DNA of 40,245 nt from an uncultured Clostridia bacterium (GCA_947178015.1 CAMWWW010000001.1:1-40245); one strand, 5' to 3'. Shown: positions 18,759-28,585, counted from the first letter of the stretch. The notes: a model not told the origin generated them from the sequence alone. Numbers and translations: made by a program.

Positions 18759-20582
18759 CTATACACCAGTCTGATTAATCAGCCTGTCATATATCTCATT
18801 CATCACACTAATTACCTTAGAAGAAAGCTCATACATATGCTGATACTTTACCAGTGCAACTGCTTCCTCTTCTTTATCAACACCCATCACAGACAACCGC
18901 TGATTGATAATAGCATCTCCAATATTTCCGTGATTTGTGTACATATCTCTCGCCGATTCTGCATCAATGGAAGCTACGGACAAAAGACTCTGTACCCATT
19001 CCTCCGGCATACCGCCGCGGAAAGTCTTCTGCTTACGAAGATTTGCTAACTGTGTCGCAACATCTGGTGTTTCCACACCATCCTTAATCGTGCCTGCTGT
19101 ACCCATCTTACGATTATCTTGAATCAAGTCAGGATTCACACAGACATTTTCAGCTGTAATATTATCCGAGATATAATTTACAATATGCTCCGTTGTAATC
19201 TGCTCTTTTTTTGTGATTGTCATAGTGACAAGAAAGCCTTCCTCTTTCATAAGCTTTTCTACATCTGCATCTGTAGCACCATCTGGGACCTTATTAGCTG
19301 ACTTATATTCAGTTATATATTCGTTTAATATCTGGGTTTTTATATCAGCATCTGGTAATGTCGAAGTTGGGTTATTTTCTCTATAATTCTTAATCAGTTG
19401 ATCCCATTGCGCATTTGTGCCAGTATAAGTGATCAATGCTCCTGTTTTTACTATCTCATCCTTCATCTGATCTACTGTCATATTTTTAATAGTGAAAAAC
19501 GGAACCTCGGCTGTCGAATTTCCATCTAGGTCCTGCCCGTTCATATGAATCGTATTAAACTGCCTTGCATACTCAGCCACAAATTGATTTGTCTGCTCCA
19601 TATAATATGGCACACCTTTGTAGTCTACAGCTTGACCCGTACCAGTTTTTGGCCATATTGGCGTTACCAGATTATCTCCATCTCTTATCTGTATGTACCC
19701 CATCAGCTCGCCGCTCAGAGTCTCATTATAAGTGTCAAATACCTGACCATGGCTCCACTTAATCTCATAAAGTCCCGCCATATCCGTGTCATGGCGCTTC
19801 TCATCGGATGGCTTCGCCTCCACATGCAACGTATGGTATTTTGTTCCATACACCAACGTCTGATTCGCGATCTTGATATCATAATATGTACTTCCTGTAG
19901 GAGAGTCCACTTCTTTGATCGAGATCCCGGCAAGCCCTGACAGCTCATCCACCAGCGTGTTTCTCTTATCACGCAAATCGTTGGCAAACCCACCATTCAT
20001 CTCCAATGTGCTAATCTGTCCATTTAAAGAAGCGATATTCTCTGCAATGGTATTAATTCTGTCAAGAACCATCTTAATCTGAGAATTTGTTTCATCCTGA
20101 TAAGACATAAGATTTTGCGCTATATTATTAAAATAATCCGCCAGAGTCTGGCCTCCCTCGATCGTCTGATTTCTAAGCTCAATCTGCGAAGGAGTAGCAG
20201 ACAGAGAATCCAGTGAATTACAAAAATTTCCATAGTATTTTGTAAAGCCGGAATCTGTCATCTCATTATAATAAAGCTCCTCAATCTGCTTTGTATAATG
20301 ATGCTTGATATTGTGTTCACCGGTCTGTTTATTGTTATTCCAGTATTTATGATCATAATAAGAATCTCTGATCTGTTTTACACTATTGACCGCCACACCA
20401 CTGCCCTGCATCCCATAATGAGAATACATTCTGAGAGCATCTGCCGCCGTCGCATCAATTTTCTGTCTGGAATACCCTTCTGTCTCAATATTTGCAATAT
20501 TATGCGACGTTGTATTCAATGCAATATTCGCTGCATTTAATCCACTTGATCCTATCGTTAAGCCAAAAAACGTATTCGGCAT
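18759..20582 (-). CDS. flgK: Flagellar hook-associated protein 1, FlgK paralogue 2
   Basis: 607 aa. The N-terminus is FGLTIGSSGLNAANIALNTTSHNIANIETEGYSRQK and the C-terminus is EEAVALVKYQHMYELSSKVISVMNEIYDRLIN. Confidence 0.9.
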   Translation of the reverse strand: MPNTFFGLTIGSSGLNAANIALNTTSHNIANIETEGYSRQKIDATAADALRMYSHYGMQGSGVAVNSVKQIRDSYYDHKYWNNNKQTGEHNIKHHYTKQIEELYYNEMTDSGFTKYYGNFCNSLDSLSATPSQIELRNQTIEGGQTLADYFNNIAQNLMSYQDETNSQIKMVLDRINTIAENIASLNGQISTLEMNGGFANDLRDKRNTLVDELSGLAGISIKEVDSPTGSTYYDIKIANQTLVYGTKYHTLHVEAKPSDEKRHDTDMAGLYEIKWSHGQVFDTYNETLSGELMGYIQIRDGDNLVTPIWPKTGTGQAVDYKGVPYYMEQTNQFVAEYARQFNTIHMNGQDLDGNSTAEVPFFTIKNMTVDQMKDEIVKTGALITYTGTNAQWDQLIKNYRENNPTSTLPDADIKTQILNEYITEYKSANKVPDGATDADVEKLMKEEGFLVTMTITKKEQITTEHIVNYISDNITAENVCVNPDLIQDNRKMGTAGTIKDGVETPDVATQLANLRKQKTFRGGMPEEWVQSLLSVASIDAESARDMYTNHGNIGDAIINQRLSVMGVDKEEEAVALVKYQHMYELSSKVISVMNEIYDRLINQTGV

Positions 20583-20600
20583 ATTTTCACCACTTTCTTT

Positions 20601-22589
20601 TTATAATCTTGTCACCAGATGCTCCAGCATCTCATCTACCACATTGATATATCTAGAACAAGCATTGTATGCAGCTTGGAACTTAATCAGATTCGTCAGC
20701 TCTTCATCCGAAGATACCCCTGTGATGCGCTGACGCCCGTCATTAATGCCCGTTGTCAAATCGTCCTGATAATCAATCATATTTGTATACATATCTCCGG
20801 CATTAGCCATCTGCCCGGTAAATTCTGTATAATAATCTAAAAACTTCTTCTGCGTATTATAGGATGGTGTCAGCTTTAAGGATGCATTATCCCAAGCCTC
20901 TCCCAACGCTTCTGCGCGGGCACGATCCTCGCCGCCGTCCTTGGTCGACAATGGAAGAAGAGTAAAATCATGAAGCAAATCAGGATTGACACTAATATTG
21001 CCAAGTGTATATAATGACTCATTACCAAATTTATTGAAATCATTATACACATAAAATGTCTGACCATTCACTGTGATCTCAGAATAACGGCTTACATCGT
21101 CTCTGACAAACAGCTCTGTCATAGATGGCTTTCCCTGATTTAGCGCACAGCCATAACCTGCCTTCTCAACGTCAAAAAACTTCGTATCCTTTGTAATCAC
21201 CCTCGTTACACCGCTGGGATCAACATACGTCATACCAATCAATGGTGTTCCAGCTCCTGCCTTTTGATCCAGCGCCTCTGCTGTAATATTCGGGCACAGC
21301 ACATCATTCATGGATTCCACCATGGCATTGACCATCTGATCAAACTCTGCCATTACTGTCTTAATGGAAGAAGGCTCTATTTCCTCCTCATATGTTTTTA
21401 AATCTCGTTTAAATGCAACACTGTCCTTACCATTTCCATAGTCCCCAGCATTAATCCCTGCTGTTGTTAATATAAGCGATGCTTCTGCTTTCACAGCAAC
21501 CTCATAATCGGCGTCCGTTCCATAATCTGTTCTTTTTAGCTTGGAAGCTGCTTCTTGCATAGCATTGTTGTATAATCTCTTATATGCAGGGCTTTTTGTT
21601 CCATCAACAAAACCATTCGCATCAGGTTCAACATAATAATCATCCGCATCTGGTATATCCAGATAATTCGCCGTGCAATTTCCCCTTGCCAAAAGAGTCG
21701 CATGAAGAGAACCAATATCATTATTATTCTTTGTAGAAACTGGCGCTTTGAGATTATATACTGGATTATCCTTCAAATACGGCCACACAGGAGTCAGAAG
21801 AACAGAATCCTTATCCGTGTCGAGCATCTTTGTTCCCATATGATGCACATTGGATTCTGTCACAAAGCTTACGCCCTCCACCTTCACCGTCACAATATGG
21901 CTTAATGGGTCTTCGGCATATCGAATGGAAACCATGCTGCTCAATTCATCTAAGGCATTATCACGCTGATCTCTAAAATCATTCGCATTTTCCACATCGC
22001 CCGCCTCAGCCTGACTGATCTTTTTATTAAGAGCATGGATCAGATCGCCTAATTCATTAATCCGATTAACCTTATTCTCCACCTCTGTGTTCAAGGTATT
22101 CTGATAAGTCTCCAAATTATTATAAATAGCATTTGCACGGGAAAGGAACGAATATGCCTTCTGTACCAACTCGGAGCGCGTCACCTGACTTGCAGGGTCT
22201 TTTACAATCTCCTGAACCGCCTCATTAAAATCCGTCAGATATTTCTGAAAGGCAACCCCCTCCAGCTCTCCAAACGCCTCCTCAATCTCAACGATCGCAT
22301 TATATTGCGATTGATAAAATTGCATCCTGCCATTCTCCACACGGTATGCCTTGTCAAGCAAGGTATCACGGATATGCCGTACCGCGGCGAGGTCAGTTCC
22401 AATACCCTTTTGGTAGATATATAAAGAACTTCTTCCAAGCTCTATATAGTTGGTATCCGAAAAGATCGGCTGCTGCCTGACAAATCCTTCTGTATCAACA
22501 TTTGCCAAATTATGCGCTGTCGTATTAATCGCATGCTGATTTGCCTTCAATCCAGATACGCCAACCGAAAGCGATGTAAAACTACTCAT
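20601..22589 (-). CDS. flgK: Flagellar hook-associated protein 1, FlgK paralogue 1
   Basis: 662 aa. The N-terminus is SLSVGVSGLKANQHAINTTAHNLANVDTEGFVRQQ and the C-terminus is EELTNLIKFQAAYNACSRYINVVDEMLEHLV. Confidence 0.9.
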   Translation of the reverse strand: MSSFTSLSVGVSGLKANQHAINTTAHNLANVDTEGFVRQQPIFSDTNYIELGRSSLYIYQKGIGTDLAAVRHIRDTLLDKAYRVENGRMQFYQSQYNAIVEIEEAFGELEGVAFQKYLTDFNEAVQEIVKDPASQVTRSELVQKAYSFLSRANAIYNNLETYQNTLNTEVENKVNRINELGDLIHALNKKISQAEAGDVENANDFRDQRDNALDELSSMVSIRYAEDPLSHIVTVKVEGVSFVTESNVHHMGTKMLDTDKDSVLLTPVWPYLKDNPVYNLKAPVSTKNNNDIGSLHATLLARGNCTANYLDIPDADDYYVEPDANGFVDGTKSPAYKRLYNNAMQEAASKLKRTDYGTDADYEVAVKAEASLILTTAGINAGDYGNGKDSVAFKRDLKTYEEEIEPSSIKTVMAEFDQMVNAMVESMNDVLCPNITAEALDQKAGAGTPLIGMTYVDPSGVTRVITKDTKFFDVEKAGYGCALNQGKPSMTELFVRDDVSRYSEITVNGQTFYVYNDFNKFGNESLYTLGNISVNPDLLHDFTLLPLSTKDGGEDRARAEALGEAWDNASLKLTPSYNTQKKFLDYYTEFTGQMANAGDMYTNMIDYQDDLTTGINDGRQRITGVSSDEELTNLIKFQAAYNACSRYINVVDEMLEHLVTRL

Positions 22590-22613
22590 ACTATATAATC
22601 CTTTCTATTATTT

Positions 22614-22892
22614 TTACAGAGACAACTCTTCATAGCGAGCAATTAATTTTGCCGCAAAGCTGTCTGCATTAACCTGATAGGTTCCTGCCTCCATGCTCTG
22701 CTTAATGGCGCTCACTTTGTCCTCACGAATATCTGGGACCTGCGCAAGCGCCTGCCTTGCTGTCTGATAATCCCTAGCTGTCTCCGAGATAGTCAGCTCA
22801 TCGCGCTCACTGCCCTTTGCTGCCTCTCTCGTTCTCATCTTCTGATTTGCCTGATATACCTGACCAATCTTACTGTAAGCCTCTACACGCAT
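22614..22892 (-). CDS. flgM: Anti-sigma-28 factor FlgM
   Basis: About 92 aa with the C-terminal motif REDKVSAIKQSMEAGTYQVNADSFAAKLI. GGAGGAAGG lies directly upstream of the ATG at 22892. Confidence 0.85.
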   Translation of the reverse strand: MRVEAYSKIGQVYQANQKMRTREAAKGSERDELTISETARDYQTARQALAQVPDIREDKVSAIKQSMEAGTYQVNADSFAAKLIARYEELSL

Positions 22893-22906
22893 ATGTCCTT
22901 CCTCCT

Positions 22907-23422
22907 TCACTGTCTAGCATCAAATGCCGCTCTGCGAATAATATGCTCCTCCGTATTGGCGGCTTTGCTATCATAATTTGCCGTAATTGGCGCCTGCTTC
23001 ATACTATTCATCAAGGTAATGTCAAAATTTACCAAATCAAGCGCTTCCTTCAGCAATCCCTGATTCATATCATTAATTTTTACCATCTGCGCCATGGTAT
23101 TATGCAGCTTGTCATGAATTTCGCCCAATCTTTTTTTCACCGCCGGCTGGCTGTCCATCAGCTCCATCAGACGAGTAAGCGTCAGCGACTCCTCTGGACG
23201 ATTTATCACAGTTGCGATATCCTTCGTGTATTCCATCCTCTTTTTCTCCAAAGGAGTAATACGGTCGACCACAAGCTGTTCCTGCTCAACCAATTTCTGG
23301 AGGGCGTTGACATCATTACGGATAATGATCCCTGTCTTTTCCTGAGAAAGCTTTAAAAGTACCTGATACTCCTCATTCTCCTTCTCCAGTGTATTCATCA
23401 GTTCATCAATCAGTCCTGCCAT
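22907..23422 (-). CDS. flgN: FlgN family flagellar chaperone
   Basis: About 171 aa and helical, starting LIDELMNTLEKENEEYQVLLKLSQEK. It is adjacent to flgM and flgK. GGAGAGG precedes the ATG at 23422. Confidence 0.75.
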   Translation of the reverse strand: MAGLIDELMNTLEKENEEYQVLLKLSQEKTGIIIRNDVNALQKLVEQEQLVVDRITPLEKKRMEYTKDIATVINRPEESLTLTRLMELMDSQPAVKKRLGEIHDKLHNTMAQMVKINDMNQGLLKEALDLVNFDITLMNSMKQAPITANYDSKAANTEEHIIRRAAFDARQ

Positions 23423-23463
23423 TTTCACCTCTCCATTTCTAGCATATCATTTACCTATTTATT

Positions 23464-23490
23464 TTATCGGTAATTTTTCGCGGAACATTA
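23464..23490 (-). promoter_or_regulatory. Sigma-28 type promoter upstream of flgN-flgM-flgK
   Basis: The minus strand reads TAATGTTC-N11-ACCGATAA, against the enteric sigma-28 consensus TAAAGTTT-N11-GCCGATAA. It lies about 40 nt upstream of the flgN start. Confidence 0.75.
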
Positions 23491-23597
23491 GAGCAATTTC
23501 GATTTTTCACAATAGTGACAGGTCCACTTACACCAAAAACCTGAAAAACAATCCTGAATTATTCTATAACTTACCAGATTACAACTTTTTGAAAAAA

Positions 23598-23770
23598 CTA
23601 TAAGTTTCTGTATCAACGATTTGTGTCATCATTTTCGAGGATGGTCCGCATAGACAGCGCTGCTATTTCCTCCATCACCCCGCTACGTTTTTCACTAAGC
23701 GAGAGCGGGGGGTGACGGAGGACTATAGGCGATTCTCTGTGCGTACCACTCTAGAAAATGAATATCGAGC
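23598..23770. repeat. Structured interspersed repeat, copy B (chimeric head-to-head fusion of two 5' halves)
   Basis: The left part resembles the copy-C flank, arm and catcaccccgc. The right part is nearly identical to 59-150 of copy A (tacgtttttcactaagcgagagcgggg..gaggactataggcgattctctg). The 3' half of the core is missing. Confidence 0.8.
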
Positions 23771-23841
23771 AGAGAAAACTTTCCTCCCTGCCCGATTTAT
23801 AAACCCTATATTATTGTCATCCTATCTGTTCTGTCTGTTTT

Positions 23842-24264
23842 TTAATGTTTGTCGTTATTCAAAAATCTCATCTTGCCCTTCGAAGTATTCTGCTGCTGGG
23901 GCTGCAGTACTACCTTCGGCTTCTCATAGGCATTTCCAAGGTTGTGCGCCATCTTCTCCTTACATCTTGCACAATACTTTCCCGTGGTAATGGGAACCCC
24001 GCACAGCACACACTGAATACCGGAACCCTCCGCATTTGTGAAAAGCAGCCTCTCTTCACGCACCCACTGTTTAATCTGCTCCACAGAAACATCCTTCTCC
24101 CGTGAAACCTCCATAATGCTCACATTCGGATTCGCCCTAATATAATCTCTTACTTCCAAGAACTTATCTTCCAGAGCCTTCTCGCAATCCGGGCAGATCC
24201 TTCTTGATGTAATCTGCTGGAAAATTCTTCCGCACTTTTTACAATTTATAATATTTAATGCCAT
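23842..24264 (-). CDS. YvyF-like flagellar operon zinc-ribbon protein
   Basis: 140 aa from MALNIINCKKCGRIF, with two CxxC pairs (CKKC..CPDC and CVLC..CARC). It occupies the same position as B. subtilis yvyF, between comFC and flgM. GGAGGG precedes the ATG at 24264. Confidence 0.8.
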   Translation of the reverse strand: MALNIINCKKCGRIFQQITSRRICPDCEKALEDKFLEVRDYIRANPNVSIMEVSREKDVSVEQIKQWVREERLLFTNAEGSGIQCVLCGVPITTGKYCARCKEKMAHNLGNAYEKPKVVLQPQQQNTSKGKMRFLNNDKH

Positions 24265-24277
24265 AATACCCTCCTTC

Positions 24278-24970
24278 TCAAAAGCCGCTTCCAATACACA
24301 GACACAACAGATAGACCTGCTCTGCCCCACCATCTTTTAACACCCCTGCACAGGCATCCGCTGTACTTCCAGTCGTATAGATATCATCCACTAATATAAT
24401 TTTCTTATATTGTACCACACTTTTCTTAACCTGAAAAGCATCTTGTAAATTTTTTACTCGTTCTTTTGTATTCAGTGATTTCTGCGCTGTTGTCTTCTTT
24501 GTCCTTATAAGCAGCCTGCTGTCCACAGGAAGCTCGATGTATTCTGCAAGGCTGTCCGCCAGAAGCCCCGCTTGATTATATCCCCTTTTTCGGTAACGAC
24601 TTTTATGGATTGGAACAGGAATAAGCACCTCGGCTCCCCACCGACTTATCTGCCTGCCAAAAACCCTTGCAAGTTCTCTGCCGTACAGCCTTGCATACTC
24701 TTGTCTGTTTTTATACTTAAACGCGCTGACGGAGCGCTGCATTACCTCATTGTATGCCAAAAGCGCTCTGCCCTCGGTATAATGATGTGGTATTCTCTGA
24801 CAGTCACTGCAATATTCCTGCTCTCTTCGCCGTATTTCCTTGCCGCAGCATTTGCATATCGGCTCCTTGATATAGGGAAGCTTATGTCGGCAGCGCTCAC
24901 ATATCAGCTCGCCCTTTGGAGTTACAATATCATCACACACGGGACAGCGGGCAGGATACAAAAGTGACAC
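24278..24970 (-). CDS. comFC: ComF family protein (ComFC-like phosphoribosyltransferase-fold competence protein)
   Basis: 230 aa with the N-terminal zinc finger CPVCDD...CERC and the PRTase motif IILVDDIYTTGST. The start codon is uncertain (GTG). Confidence 0.85.
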   Translation of the reverse strand: MSLLYPARCPVCDDIVTPKGELICERCRHKLPYIKEPICKCCGKEIRRREQEYCSDCQRIPHHYTEGRALLAYNEVMQRSVSAFKYKNRQEYARLYGRELARVFGRQISRWGAEVLIPVPIHKSRYRKRGYNQAGLLADSLAEYIELPVDSRLLIRTKKTTAQKSLNTKERVKNLQDAFQVKKSVVQYKKIILVDDIYTTGSTADACAGVLKDGGAEQVYLLCLCIGSGF

Positions 24971-25019
24971 AATTTCTTCTAATACTTTTGATTGGATAAT
25001 GGTTCCTCCTTGATGGCGT

Positions 25020-27233
25020 TTATTCTATCTCTTGTATTCTGTCATACAGCCCAGAATATCGTTTTTGCTCTCTCTGATTTTCAACCATCTCATAAAACGT
25101 GTCTGTGCTCCCCACCAGACAAACGCATTTTTTCGCCCTTGTCACTGCGGTATAGAGCAGATTTCGGTTCATCAACAACTGCGGTCCCGTAAGCAGGGGC
25201 AAAATCACAGCAGGATATTCACTTCCCTGTGATTTATGGATAGTAATGGCATAGGCAAGCTCAAGCTCCTCAAGCTGCTTATAGGAATATTCGACAAATC
25301 TTCCCTCGTCAAATTCCACTGTGATCAACTCTGAGAATTCATTAATGGTTCGTATCACACCCGTATCTCCATTAAAAATTCCTGCGCCGCGCTCCACGGC
25401 AATTCCACGGCTGGATCGAACCTCCCATTCTAACTGGTAATTATTCTTAATCTGCATCACCTTATCGCCCTCGCGGAACAGCCCGCCCGCCAGCTCCTTC
25501 TCCCGTTTATCCTTAGCCGGCGGATTTAGGTATTGTTGGAGGATGACATTAAGCCTCTCCACGCCAAGCTGACCCTTGCGCATTGGCGTCAGCACTTGAA
25601 TATCCAGCTCTCTGGCATTTACATAATTGGGCAGCTTTTTCTGGATTAAGGTAATCATAACACTGATAATAACATTGACGTCGTCACGCTTTAAAAACAG
25701 AAAATCCTTACTGTGATTATCAAGCATGACTCGCTCTCCTCTGTTAATCTTATGTGCATTTACCACAATATCGCTCTGCGTCGCCTGACGGAATATCTTG
25801 GTAAGGCACACCACCGGAAACATCTCCGAACGGATTATATCTTTGAGAACATTGCCCGGTCCCACAGAGGGAAGCTGATTGACATCCCCCACTAATATCA
25901 ATCTTGTCCCGATGTGAATTGCTTTTAGCAAAGCATGCATCAGGCTGATATCAACCATGGACATCTCGTCAATAATAATGACATCTGCTTCCAGAGGATT
26001 CTGCTCATTTCTCTCAAATATTGCATTTCCTGTCGCCTCGCTGCTTCCTCCGTTAAGCTCCAAAAGCCGATGGATGGTTTTCGCCTCACATCCTGTAGCC
26101 TCTGTCATGCGCTTCGCCGCTCTGCCGGTGGGAGCCGCCAAAAGCACCTCCAGATATTCTTCCTCAAAATATTTTATAATGGCGTTAATCGTTGTTGTTT
26201 TTCCTGTTCCCGGACCGCCTGTGATAATGGTTAATCCATGCTTAACCGCTTCTATCACGGCGCGTCTTTGAAGTCCGTCAAGCTCAATCTTGGACGCCTT
26301 CTCTATCACAGAAAGCTTTTTCTCAATCTCCTGCTCTGTTATATCCGCCTCAATATTGAGATCATGCAGAAGCCTTGCAGAATTCAACTCCATATAATAA
26401 TACGCCGCTGTGTAGATAAGAGTGCGATCCTCCCGCTCCTTTATCACAATCTTCTTATCGATCGCCAAATCCATCACATGCTTTTCAATCGAATCCAACT
26501 CCACCTGAAGCAGTCTGCCTGTGCACGCCGTCAGCTCATCCATTGGCAGATATACATGCCCGGCCGAGGATGCCCGCATTAAGCTATAAAGAATTCCGCT
26601 TTTTATGCGAAAATCCGAATCTGCATGAATTCCCGCACGCATCGCTATTTCATCCGCGATGCGAAAACCCACTCCAGAAATATCATCCGCTAAGCGATAT
26701 GGATTGTTTTTCAGAACGGTATAAAGCTCCGGTCCATATTGATTGTAGATCTTGACAGCGAGGCTTGATGTGATGCCGTATTGTTGTAAGAAGATCATAG
26801 CTGCGCGCATATCCTTCTTTTCCTGAAGCTGATCGGCAATCTCCATCGCCTTTTTCTGGCTGATTCCTTTTACCTCTGTCAGCCGCTCCGGCTCCTCCTC
26901 AATAATACGGAATGTATCCTTCTTAAACCGCTTCACAATCCGGGACGCCATTACTGCGCCGATCCCTTTGACGGCTCCTGAAGCCAGATAACGCTCAATT
27001 GCCGCTGTATCCTCTGGGGCCTTGATCTCATATCGATTTACCCTAAACTGATCTCCATAGGTTGGATGTGCTATGTAGTCCCCTTCTGCCTCCATGCACT
27101 CGCCCTCGCCGATATACTGGAAGGTCCCCACACAGGTAACTTCCTCCCCATCCTTTGCAAGCGTTAGCACCGTGTAGCCATTATCTTCATTTCGAAATAC
27201 AATTTTCTCCACACAACCTTCTACTACTGCCAT
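25020..27233 (-). CDS. recD2: RecD2-type SF1B ATP-dependent DNA helicase
   Basis: 737 aa from MAVVEGCVEKIVFRNEDNGYTVL. The Walker A motif is ITGGPGTGKTT, followed by IIIDEMSMVD, LILVGDVNQLPSVGPG and the C-terminal YAITIHKSQGSE. Confidence 0.9.
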   Translation of the reverse strand: MAVVEGCVEKIVFRNEDNGYTVLTLAKDGEEVTCVGTFQYIGEGECMEAEGDYIAHPTYGDQFRVNRYEIKAPEDTAAIERYLASGAVKGIGAVMASRIVKRFKKDTFRIIEEEPERLTEVKGISQKKAMEIADQLQEKKDMRAAMIFLQQYGITSSLAVKIYNQYGPELYTVLKNNPYRLADDISGVGFRIADEIAMRAGIHADSDFRIKSGILYSLMRASSAGHVYLPMDELTACTGRLLQVELDSIEKHVMDLAIDKKIVIKEREDRTLIYTAAYYYMELNSARLLHDLNIEADITEQEIEKKLSVIEKASKIELDGLQRRAVIEAVKHGLTIITGGPGTGKTTTINAIIKYFEEEYLEVLLAAPTGRAAKRMTEATGCEAKTIHRLLELNGGSSEATGNAIFERNEQNPLEADVIIIDEMSMVDISLMHALLKAIHIGTRLILVGDVNQLPSVGPGNVLKDIIRSEMFPVVCLTKIFRQATQSDIVVNAHKINRGERVMLDNHSKDFLFLKRDDVNVIISVMITLIQKKLPNYVNARELDIQVLTPMRKGQLGVERLNVILQQYLNPPAKDKREKELAGGLFREGDKVMQIKNNYQLEWEVRSSRGIAVERGAGIFNGDTGVIRTINEFSELITVEFDEGRFVEYSYKQLEELELAYAITIHKSQGSEYPAVILPLLTGPQLLMNRNLLYTAVTRAKKCVCLVGSTDTFYEMVENQREQKRYSGLYDRIQEIE

Positions 27234-27287
27234 AGGGATTTCCTTTCTGCATGTGTTGCTGCACGACCGTGCATATAAGATAAGACG

Positions 27288-27339
27288 AAAAAAAGAATAA
27301 ATACATTCTCCCAGCCGAAATCCTGCGGATCTCGGCTGG
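27288..27339 (-). terminator. Possible terminator region after the flgF-flgG-flgJ-like genes
   Basis: An 8-bp GC-rich hairpin (ccagccga/tcggctgg) is followed on the minus strand by a weak AT hairpin and T7. The geometry is non-canonical. Confidence 0.3.
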
Positions 27340-27402
27340 ATGAACTGCAATGCTCAGGAATGGCTAAAAATAATTTTTTTAACCATTCCTTATTATCAGA
27401 GT

Positions 27403-27756
27403 TTATAAATCGTAATTTCTCTTCATCTGCTCGAAGAGCTGCTGTGCTAAACCAAGCTGACCGCTGTCTGCCGCCTGCTTTGCATACTCCTGATACAGAG
27501 TGCCCTCAAACATGCTGAGCGCTGACGAGGAGCTGTTCTCCTCCTTCGGCACAGTCGCCTCCATCGCCTTAAATACCTGCTCTATAAAATATGCTTCAAA
27601 CTCCTTACAAGCCTCATATAGCTCTTCATCTGTGGCGTTTGTATAATCTTTATTTGCAATATCCGCAGCGGCGTTGGCGTTCGCCTGACTTTTCATATTA
27701 TCCAAGTATGTACTGGTGTACCCAGTTAATGCATCCAGTCCTGTCATCTCTATCAC
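27403..27756 (-). CDS. Rod-binding protein (FlgJ N-terminal domain-like)
   Basis: 117 aa. The motif CKEFEAYFIEQVFKAMEATV...LYQEYAKQ...GLAQQLFEQM is typical of the Rod_binding family. The gene follows flgG. Confidence 0.8.
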   Translation of the reverse strand: MIEMTGLDALTGYTSTYLDNMKSQANANAAADIANKDYTNATDEELYEACKEFEAYFIEQVFKAMEATVPKEENSSSSALSMFEGTLYQEYAKQAADSGQLGLAQQLFEQMKRNYDL

Positions 27757-27769
27757 TCCTGTCTATTTA

Positions 27770-28585
27770 TTATCTGCGCAGCGAATTTGCTTGGCTCAGC
27801 ATCTCATCGGATGCCTGAATGGCCTTGGAATTCATCTCATATGCGCGCTGTGCAATAATCAAATCTACCATCTCATCTGCCACCTGAACATTTGAAGATT
27901 CGAGATAGCCTTGGCGAAGCTCACTCTTCGTGATCTCTGTGTCTGTGTGTTCTGGTCTAGGATCTCCTGACGCGTCTGTCACTTTATATAAACCAGAACC
28001 CTCTTTTTCCAGTCCCGCAGGATTCGGGAACTGTACCAGTCCCAATGTAATGCCCATAGGAACCGGATTCTTCGACTCATCGGGATAGCACAGCTCGCCT
28101 GTGCTGGATACTGTGATCTTCGCCGTATCCAGACTGGAATCAAACACAATGGTTCGCCCATTTGTATCCAAAACGGGGCGTCCATCCTGATCGGTCAGCA
28201 TCGTGCCGTTTGTCGCCATAGAGATACGGAAGGCACCATTTCTTGTATAATAAGTCCCTCCATCTGCTCCCTGAACCTGAAAGAAGCCCTTGCCATTAAT
28301 CGCAAAATCAAAGGTATTCTCTGTCGAGGCAAAATTTCCCTGACGGAAAATACTGGTGATAGCAGAGTTTCTAACACCAAGACCCACCTGAGCGCCTACT
28401 GGCTTTAGTTCTCCATTTTTTGTTGTTGTTTTTGCCTGAATCGTCTGATATAAAAGATTCTTAAATTCGGCATCTTCTGTCTTAAAACCTGTCGTATTGA
28501 CATTCGCCAGATTGTTGGCGATTACATCTACGGTTGTCTGCTGTGTCTTCATGCCAGAAGCAGCAGTCCACAAGGAACGCATCAT
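27770..28585 (-). CDS. flgG: Flagellar basal-body rod protein FlgG
   Basis: 271 aa. The N-terminus is SLWTAASGMKTQQTTVDVIANNLANVNTTGFK and the C-terminus is GYLESSNVQVADEMVDLIIAQRAYEMNSKAI. Confidence 0.9.
   Translation of the reverse strand: MMRSLWTAASGMKTQQTTVDVIANNLANVNTTGFKTEDAEFKNLLYQTIQAKTTTKNGELKPVGAQVGLGVRNSAITSIFRQGNFASTENTFDFAINGKGFFQVQGADGGTYYTRNGAFRISMATNGTMLTDQDGRPVLDTNGRTIVFDSSLDTAKITVSSTGELCYPDESKNPVPMGITLGLVQFPNPAGLEKEGSGLYKVTDASGDPRPEHTDTEITKSELRQGYLESSNVQVADEMVDLIIAQRAYEMNSKAIQASDEMLSQANSLRR

Noticed and set aside
23712-23990. 92-aa ORF starting inside repeat copy B. Short GTG-initiated peptides are also encoded across the arms and flanks of copies A and C (VTEDYRRFSARTLSENDYTTY.. 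and VTEEIAALAMRTFSENDYTTY..).
   Set aside because: The lengths and ends differ between copies (28, 26 and 92 codons). The arm-encoded residues are unrelated. The conserved part simply mirrors nucleotide conservation of the flank. No convincing SD sequence is present, and the 92-aa version runs antisense into yvyF.
24968-25010. A strong AAGGAGG (25005-25010, minus strand) lies 34 nt upstream of the annotated GTG start of comFC. It is in frame with only ATT/ATC codons just downstream of it.
   Set aside because: This could mean a rare ATT start that adds about 10 residues, but it cannot be resolved from sequence alone. The GTG start is kept and marked as uncertain.
27357-27391. Hairpin aggaatgg..ccattcct directly after the flgJ-like stop codon, considered as a terminator.
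   Set aside because: The stem is 8 bp with a 19-nt A/T loop, and the T-run lies inside the loop rather than after the stem. It is not a canonical intrinsic terminator.
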